Shown here one piece after another: positions 54,701-64,000 of a stretch of 64,000 nt of DNA. Under the pieces are notes generated by a model that was given only the letters and a program-made list of their open reading frames with translations, ran no database searches and had not been told where the DNA came from. The position numbers were made by a program, and so were the translations under genes. Source of the stretch: Chrysomallon squamiferum (taxonomy: Eukaryota; Animalia; Mollusca); assembly GCA_012295275.1 (NCBI GenBank), contig CM022671.1:13640001-13704000 (forward strand). Direction: 5' to 3'. Position 1 is the stretch's first letter. Each line of letters starts with the position of its first letter.

Positions 54701-55005
54701 TTCATCTATATTTGGAAATAAAAGTTTAAATACAGTCAGTTTATTATACAGAATATCACAACATATGTTTTATGATTAATGGAATTAATTCACTGTTGAA
54801 ATGTGTACACAATATTTATGCTTGTTCTATGGCTTTGTGAGTATTTATATGTAAATGTAAATGTACATCTGTTCTGTTGTGTCTTTGTTAGAGAATGTGG
54901 AATATAAATAATTATTCATGGATGATTTATAATGGATCACGTACACAAACATATACATGCATTTATACATTATATACATATAAAACCACACACAACAACA
55001 TACAT

Positions 55006-55043
<38 letters not shown>

Positions 55044-56281
55044 TGTGTGTGCGCGCGTATAATCTGTTACTAAATTTAATGGCCTTACTGTATGCATCTA
55101 CTTTTACTGATTACTTTAATGTATGATCAACAGGTGTTGGAGATAATTTGAACACTAACTTTTATTATACCTATATCTACCACATACTTGTTACCTGATC
55201 ACACATGAGTTGCTGGTACAAGTTTCTCATTCTTAAATTATTTCTCAGTGAGAAGTGTAGATAATGAGACTAGGTGAGGTGACAGATAATGACTGTTGTA
55301 ATGTGATATGACACTTATTTCAATATGCCATTACTCACAGCAGTCAAACACTGCAGTATGTTATTGTCACATCTGGAATATACATATAATTATTATTCAT
55401 GGATGATTAATATTTCAGTTAGTTCATTGGTCATAGCTTTCATCTGCTGGTTACATTACTAATTTCGAAAAAAAATCATGGTGAAAATATAAAATAATAT
55501 AATGTTATTTTGACTGAAATGTTTTCTTTTCTTTCTTTATTTATTTATATGTACATACATACTTAAATTCATTCATGCATATGTACATACATACATACAA
55601 ACATACACACAAATATACATATGCAAACAAATATAATTACATATCAATCATATACACAAACACATGCACATTATGTACTGACACAAACCAATGTTGTTGC
55701 TGTATTTAAATCGGTTTCTAATTTCAAATATTACAAACATGATGAATAAAACTGATACTTTACACCATTCTTTTTGTAAAATGCTTACAGAAATCTTAAT
55801 TATTTTTAACCATGTGTTTGTTCTTGGCCTTATTTGTATAATGATATTTATCTGTAATAGGAAAAAGCCATAACAAACAACTATACAAATTTTGGTATTT
55901 TGCCATTGTACAGAAATTACTGAAAGCTTTCTTAAAGGGATATTCAGGGCTGTTTTATATAACTTTATAATCACTGATATTACACATGAACATTACTCTT
56001 TAACATGAACAAGTATATATGGTATATTTAATTAATTAAATATTAAAATGTTGAGTGTTTTTATTTTAACCGCTGACAACAACCAGTTTTTTTGTACCAT
56101 TTCATAAAATGCAAAATATATGACAGTGAGTCAGTCTACTATTGAAGAAGAGTTGATTTTATGATTAATAAATTTATCTTGGCAAATATTATTTAAATGT
56201 TGTCATGATGACCTGTTTATTGATATAGGTGATGGAGATGTGTTCGTGGTTATTTCAGTTTGTGTACAAATAAAATTATTG

Positions 56282-56322
<41 letters not shown>

Positions 56323-57979
56323 CAATATATTCATAACTACACAAACACACGTATACAAATGTATACATTCACATATAAACACATACATATGCACAGATTA
56401 GTAAAATGAGCAAGTATAGAATTTATGCAAAATGTCCCTAGGTTATGATTGGTTTCCATGGGAAAAGTAGGTGTATGCTAAACTAGCTTTTGTCTGTTAT
56501 TGGGTAACATTCAGATTTTCTTCATATTCTGCTTCAGTATATAACAGTATTAACATTTTTATACTAATTAATTTACCTTTTACACAAACCCATGCACATA
56601 CACAAGCACACACACACACACACATGAACGTTTTAATAGTACCACTGATAAAGATTGTCTTTGCATCAAAATTCTATTTTTGTTTACAACAGAGTTTTAA
56701 TACTCATAAGTACTGAAATTTGGTTTCACATAGAAACACAGACTGACATATTTTGTAAGTTATTACTCTGTGATATATGAACATTAATTTATTTAATTTT
56801 AATTTTTATTATATTTTTTTTATTTATAAAATATTTTAAAATTAATTTATTTATATATATTTTATTTTTTTATTTTTGTTTGTTTTATTTTATTTTTTTG
56901 CTTGTATAATTAAAACATAAATTAATATTTTTACTGTGAAATACATTTGACATGTTTCCTTCTAATATAAAGTCAAGATGTTATCTCAATTAAAAAGTCT
57001 CATTCAATATTGAACCTCAAACTTGTACTCCAAATCTTATAAAGTTCGACTGATTCAGCCCAATTTTACAATTACATGATGTAGTCTTTACAGAGTATTT
57101 CCTTAGAGAAAAGAATGTATCTCTATAGGAAAGGGAATCCAATTCCAGTGTTAGATATTTTTTCAGAAAGTCTGCCACTGGTGACCACTACACACATTGA
57201 TTAGTTACCAATGATTCTGTGCTCCAGCTGTGCAGTTCTCAACATTATTTATTTATAATAGCTATTACCATATTAGACAGTCAGACTTTGTGTATCTATA
57301 TGTTTGTATGTCTGTATGTTTACACAAACGTATATGAATATGTGCATGTGTAAACATACAGATATACAAACATACAGATACACAAACATATAAACACATA
57401 CAGATACACATATATAGAAGACATATACACAAACACAAATACTATATACATATACACACACTTACACACAAATAAGAACAAACTTACAACTACATTTAGG
57501 ATTTAAGACATCATTTAAGTAAATATTTATCTCTTTTCATTTCCAAGCTTGGATACTCTTAATTCTGGCTTCTTTATATCTTTAAGTCTGCTACATAATC
57601 TCAGTCATTATGGGAAATAATTTGTTTTCAAATTTTGTTATTAAATGCATAAATAATAAATGGAACGAGTTCAAAAGGTGAATGGTGAATAAATTAATTA
57701 TCTGTTTACAATTTAAATAAATTCAGTGAAGTTGAAATAAGATTCAGAAGAATTGGTTCACACATTGCTGGCAAACTTATTAACAAATAATGACTCTAGG
57801 GGTGCATTCCTTTCAGACAGTTGATTTTGATTTAAAATGTTATATTCATCCATATTGATATTTTTAGTCCCTGCATTTTGTAAATAATAGAACTAATTAA
57901 ATACAGTGTAATAAAAATAAAGCTGGTCTGTGTTCCTTTGTGTATGTATATCCATAGTATATGTGTATGTTTGTGTTTC

Positions 57980-58027
<48 letters not shown>

Positions 58028-60008
58028 TGTGTAAAAGTGTGTTTAAAGATGTGTGTGTCTGTCTGAGTGCATGTGCGTAAATGTGTAAATGTGCATTTTC
58101 CTTATTCTTTTTAATCTTTATTATCATGTGTCTATTTTCAGTGTGTAATTTTAAACTTTTTGGTAAGTTAAGAAATAACCACATACACAAAATTGTAACA
58201 GGGAAAAAAATTTGTTTTGTTCAAGAATCCACAAGGTCAAATTTTAAATGTTTTTGTATAACATTAAGTGAAACAGCTGCAGCAACAATAATAATCCCAT
58301 TATTTTAGGGTTCCTTTTAACAGATATTTTTTAAAAATTGATTAATGTTTGTAATAATAAGGCTTTCATTATATTATTATTATTATTTTTTTTTTGTTAA
58401 GTGTGTTTGTTTTGGGAGGGTATTTTTTTAATGAACTATTTATTTCTTATTGATTTTCATAAGACAGACATAAAACGAACATTTCACTTTTAGATGATGG
58501 TTTGAATTGTCAGTTACTATTCTTATTTTTTCTCATTCCTTTACTTGATTAGGGATCAGATAATTATACAAACAGGCACAGCATAACAGCACAATTTTCT
58601 TAAACTATTTATCCTTTGTGCACAACATATGTAGATAAATGTAAATTGTGTGGTAATTTAATTTTCTGCCAAAACATCCTGCTTCTGAAAGGAGTGATAA
58701 TGCAAATGAGTTGACACAGTGGCCTTCTACAGAAAGACATAATCAGAAACTGTCCATCATGCTCCATCAGTCTGTTGTGTGCATTCCCAGCATCAATACA
58801 GCACTGCCATCTTCTAATTGTTCACTTTAATTAGTACACTGTCATGGGACAGCATCACAAGTAGGTTAACACGCTGTCTGCATTGTGTCGATGGTCACTC
58901 ATGTATTTTCTTTCAATTACAGCCATGTTACTGACCACTGGTCACCACCACACCACAGTCTTCTTCATACAGATTGTAATTCCATTTGTGATTTAGGCAA
59001 TAATAATAACAACAGGCCATGCTCCACAATACATCAGATTAGCAATCTGGTCTGTCTTGTTTTTCTTACCGCTGCTTTGTGACGTAGTGTGGGGTTATGG
59101 GAAGGTCAGGTAATTTTGGATACTTTGTTATCTGTTGAAACAGGTAATAGTCATTGCCTCATTAGGAATGGGCTACCTTTTTTTTCTTCTTTTTTTTTAA
59201 CCCCTGAAGACTGGTTTAACTCAGTTTTTCATGTATGCTCATTCTTAAAACTATTCATCAGTGTTATTTGTTTTTGTAGATTTTGTAAATCTCTTTTTGC
59301 AAACACAACTGGGAAATAAACAAAAACGGGATTATTTGTATCCCCATATGTTTCACTCACTGTGCACAGTGTGGTCAGTTTAACTGTATGTGGCAGCAGA
59401 TGTTGTATGTTGTTGGAGAAGTTAAAATCAGTTACAGAGTTAAAAATAAAATTAATTTTAAAATCTGCTACATCAAAACTTTTGAAACAACATGATACAG
59501 AATATCATTCTGATAGTTGGTGAGTCATTTTGGGGAAAATTTTTAAATTGCTGTTTAGTGTAAAAATTAATACATGGAAATATAAAATATAAATTTTTAT
59601 TATTAATTTTTTTTTAAATGTGCATTACGAAATGTGTGAACACACACACACACACACATACACACAATATATGTTATTAATTTTTTACTAATTATGTGTA
59701 TTGATATATACACGAGAGAGAGAAAAAGATAGAGGACACACATGTATGCACATGCAGAGAGAGCGAAGCAATAGTGTTCAATAAAATACTTTATTTGTAT
59801 TATTATTAAATTATTTGTTTTGTATACAAGTCTCTGTACACACATATATGAGTATATTTTTCTGTGTATGTTTGTGTTTAGTTAAGTGTATAAAAGACAA
59901 TAACAGGCTTGATAAATTTAATTATAACTTGCAGAACAAATTGTGTTTAAAGTGTTAATTGAGGGTAAGTGCTGTGATATTGTTTAAATGATACATATGA
60001 ACAGTGTA

Positions 60009-61919
60009 ATCTTCCTGGGTTCATTTACAAATTTCCAATTGAACCATCATCTATGAATCAGTGTTTATTGAAAATATGTTTAAATGTTTTATTCTTTCAT
60101 TTTCTGGAATATTATTATTTTTATAATTTTTTTTTTTTTTTTTTTTTTTTAATTTAATTATTTAATGATTTGATTTGATTTGATTTTTTTTCTATCTTGA
60201 TGTTTTTAATTTATTTATTTTATTATTTTTTTAATTTTTTAATTTAATTATTTAATTATTTTATTTTATTTTCATTGTTTTATTATTATTTTTAACCGTT
60301 ATTTTATTTTATTTTGTAAATTTAATTTTTTTTTTAATGTAGGTTATTTTATTTAGTTTTTATTTAGTTTAATTTTCTTGGTGTTTTTTCATGGAGGGGT
60401 AAATATATGGTCTGTTAATACCTCTTTTACAGTATTTGTATTTTATTTTTTTACTGTTTTTTGCTTTATTCTTTTATTATTTTAAAAATTATTTTTCTTT
60501 TCTTATAATTTCATTATTTAATTTTGTCTTTAAAAATCATTAATTCAGATCAATTTTTGGTTTTGTATTTGTAAATATATTTCAAATTTAGTTTTTTAAT
60601 ATTAGTGTACTGTTTATAAAGATAACAGTTAATAGTAAATAATAAAAATTAAATATATACTTGTTACTTTTATTGCAAGAAAGGAAAATGGCAGCATGTT
60701 ACCAAAAAAATTATAATTATTATCATACTTTATTATTAGCAAAGACAGAACGTTAAAATATACAAAAGAATTCGCTTTGAAAAATTACAAATTATATCTG
60801 ATCTGTTCACAGATACTCCTACATATAAATCTGTTTTATTTCATTATTGTTTTTTAATGTCTAATCAGTCTTGTAATACAGTCATACTACAATATGTTTT
60901 ATATCAGTACTAATCAGTCTTGTAATACAGTCATACTACAATATGTTTTTTAATATCGGTACTAATCAGTCTTGTAATACAGTCATACTACAATATGTTT
61001 TTTATCAGTACTAATCAGTCTTGTAATACAGTCATACTACAATATTTTTTTTAATGTCAGTACTAATCAGTCTTGTAATAATACAATATGTTTTATATCA
61101 TACTAATCAGTGTTGTTTTTTTTATATCAGTACTAATCAGTCTTGTAATACAGTCATACTACAATATGTTTTATATCAGTACTAATCAGTCTTGTAATAC
61201 AGTCATACTACAGTATGTTTTTTATATCAGTACTAATCAGTCTTGTAATACAGTCATACTACAATATGTTTTATATCAGTACTAATCAGTCTTGTAATAC
61301 AGTCATACTACAATATGTTTTTTATATCAGTACTAATCAGTCTTGTAATACAGTCATACTACAATATGTTTTATATCAGTACTAATCAGTCTTGTAATAC
61401 AGTCATACTACAATATGTTTTTTATATCAGTACTAATCAGTCTTGTAATACAGTCATACTACAATATATTTTATATCAGAATATTACATTAGTATTATAA
61501 ATAAATAATATCACAGACCAAAATTCTGATTTTAATTAGAAATATCCCAAGTCCATCTTCCTGGGTTGATTTTCTAAATAATTTAATAATTTCCAATTGA
61601 ACCATCATCTATGAATCAATGTTTATTGAAAATATGTTTAAATGTTTTAATCTTTCAGTTTCTTAAAGAATATTAATTTGTTTTGTTTTTTTAATTATTT
61701 GATTTGATTTGATTTTTATTTTTTTTATCTTTATTTTTTTAATTTAATTTATTTTATTATTATTTTTTTTAACTGTTTTTATTTAATTATTTTATTTTAT
61801 TTTAATTGTTTTATTATTTTTTTTATCTGTTTATTTTATTTTATTTTAATTTCATTATTTAATTTTGTCTTTAAAAATCATTATTTCAGATCAATTTTTA
61901 TTTTTGTATTTGTAAATAT
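60009..61919 (+). repeat. Local direct duplication (60009-60578 and 61555-61919) flanking a minisatellite
   Basis: Shared blocks: atcttcctgggtt, atttccaattgaaccatcatctatgaatca.tgtttattgaaaatatgtttaaatgtttta, and taatttcattatttaattttgtctttaaaaatcatta.ttcagatcaattttt..ttttgtatttgtaaatat. Confidence 0.85.
60861..61479. repeat. Minisatellite, 49-52 bp unit, 13 unit starts (two truncated)
   Basis: Unit ctaatcagtcttgtaatacagtcatactacaatatg(t)4-6atatcagta. Starts at 60861, 60910, 60962, 61011, 61063, 61103, 61133, 61182, 61233, 61282, 61333, 61382 and 61433. Confidence 0.95.
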
Positions 61920-62604
61920 TTGTCAGGGAAATCATGTAACATGTTGAATCTTCATGTGTCCATGGTAACCCAGCATGTGTTCATATTAAACTAAAAGAAG
62001 AAAATGTTTAGCCAGTAATTTTCTGTAGTGAATCCTTTAGCATGCTTCAGTTTCAATTAAATACAGTGCCAATGACAACAGATACGTATTACCAGAATGG
62101 AGATATGATATAATGTTAACTGAACTGTCAGATCCAGTTTCAGTAATATATATTTTTTATTATTATTATTATTTTGTTAAATAAATAAAATATGAAGCTG
62201 GAATTTTAATAACAAAATAAAAAAATAAAAAAATAAAGTTTTCAGTCAATTCTAAAACTGACTTGATTGTAAGAAGAGAAAACGCAAGGGTTGGCCCATG
62301 ATTTCATTAAAAGAAGATCACACCATTATCTGAATCACTAATAATTCATTAGAAAACAGTTTAACACACACTTTAAAAAAAATAATTTTAATATTTTTTG
62401 ATGAAAATAATTTTCCTCTGTGTAATTATATTAGATTTACAGATACTGCTATTCCAGGCAGTAATGAATATTGATACAGGCAGGAACAAGAACATCTCTT
62501 CAACAGGTATTTGGTTACTGATTACAACATGAGAGTGTACGTAAAAACTAACTACAGATGTGATTTACTGCAAATAGAATAAAACAGAACTGAAAATCTG
62601 TACA

Positions 62605-62686
62605 CATGTTAGATGTGAAAGTGATGTTGATATTATTAAATACTGCTCTATTTAATAATATTAACATCACTTTCACATCTAACATG
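62605..62686. repeat. Near-perfect 38 bp inverted repeat with a 6 nt loop
   Basis: catgttagatgtgaaagtgatgttgatattattaaata-ctgctc-tatttaataatattaacatcactttcacatctaacatg, with one G/T mismatch. Confidence 0.9.
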
Positions 62687-64000
62687 CAGAACAATAAAAT
62701 AAAAACTAATCAGAAATACAACAACAATATATTGACAGTGAGACACTTTTGGTGTCTTTGTGTTTTTTTAATCATTTAATGTTGTCTAGCTAATTCACAT
62801 CTGACTAATATATAAAGAATTTTATTTTTTATTTTTACATACGAGTTTTTTTAGAACTGCTTGCTGTTCTGTTGCCTAATCTACAAGAAAACATTGTGCG
62901 CTATAGTTACTGGTTCTGGTGTACTTCATGCAGATCTTTTTACTTTTTCTAATTCCAACTTCCTTTTCCTTTTTTTGACTTTATCTTTTTCTTCTTCTTT
63001 TCTTTTAAACTGTGTAGTATAGTATTTCACATGTGTACTAACTTAGATTAATATAACTGCAGATAGATGATAGATGGAAATATGTCCTGATAACTGTGAT
63101 AGTTAGATTAATTCATTATATAGACAAAAGATAAATATGTTAGCATTTTGTATATGATGAAACACTTGGATGAATGGATTGAAAAATGGAATGATGGATG
63201 GACATGTATATTGGGCAAAATTAAAAAAGTAGATAATGTCATTAGAAATGGATAATGTATATGCATGGAAGCATAGACTGATGATAAATTAATGGATAAA
63301 TAAATGGATGGACTTGGGTAAATTAACAAAGAGATCATTAGAATACAGCATATGTGGAATTTGATAGACACAGCAAGTAAATAAGGTACTTGAAGAACAA
63401 AAGAAAACAAACTAAAGGACATACCAATATATACTGTTAATGTTACATTTTCATGTACACACCTTTATTCTTTATACTTACAATATGTAATCAGTCTCAT
63501 TTCTTAGCAAAAAAGAATGAAACAAAAAACAAAACCCAACAAAAACAAACAAACAAAAATAAATGGCTGCCATCCAATAACCCTTATGGTAATTTTCTCA
63601 ACTACGTCTACACTCTTACATGAAATCAGATTTCCCTTTAGGGTAATTAATGGGGAAACAGTATCTGATGTTCTTTGTTTTTGCTTCCTTGTATTGAAAA
63701 CAATACATCAGTGTTCTTCACTCTATTGATGTTTGTTCTGTTGGAAACTGTCAACCAAGGGTTTCCCATTAATAAAACCTGCAGTCACAAACAGGCTGAC
63801 ATTATTTCATAAGGTATCTCAATGTTAAATTAAAATTCTGTAGTTACTGGTGTTATTTTCAAATATTATTTGCTATGATTATTGTCTGCACTGTGTGGGG
63901 GCTGGAAAATGGAGAACTGTTTTTTGTAACAGGCATTTTATATAAAATATATAAACAAAATAAAAATTATCATAATCAATATCATTATTATTATTTATTA

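Noticed and set aside
60861-61479. CRISPR-like array
   Set aside because: The units are contiguous with no unique spacers, there are no cas genes and the context is eukaryotic. It is a minisatellite, and ORFs 61088-61285 and 61315-61500 are by-products of it.

Overview
This is AT-rich, intron-containing animal genomic DNA. It is probably molluscan or gastropod; I infer this from decayed copies resembling a mollusc SINE core, recalled from memory. Most ORFs in the supplied track are microsatellite or low-complexity artefacts, so I rebuilt the genes by hand from GT-AG splice sites and reading-frame phase. In order, the window holds: (1) the 3' part of POC1 on + (1-4582); (2) a head-to-tail cluster of small single-Sushi/CCP transmembrane genes on +, with two intact paralogs (12435-14829, 247 aa; 21504-26819, 321 aa) and a decayed third copy between them (~16690-18990); (3) a complete 9-exon AUH gene on - (31270-34431, 304 aa); (4) a putative divergent promoter with E-box palindromes (~34500-35300); (5) about 27 kb of CpG-poor sequence with no coding exon I could support, probably a large intron. 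The most interesting feature is the Sushi-TM family. Both intact copies lack a signal peptide, have Cys-rich juxtamembrane segments and otherwise divergent tails, yet both end in W-[LM]-P-H-x-x-P-[LV]-RNINTSTK*. A ~1.25 kb inverted repeat pair brackets most of the cluster. No database searches were run, so novelty is unverified.
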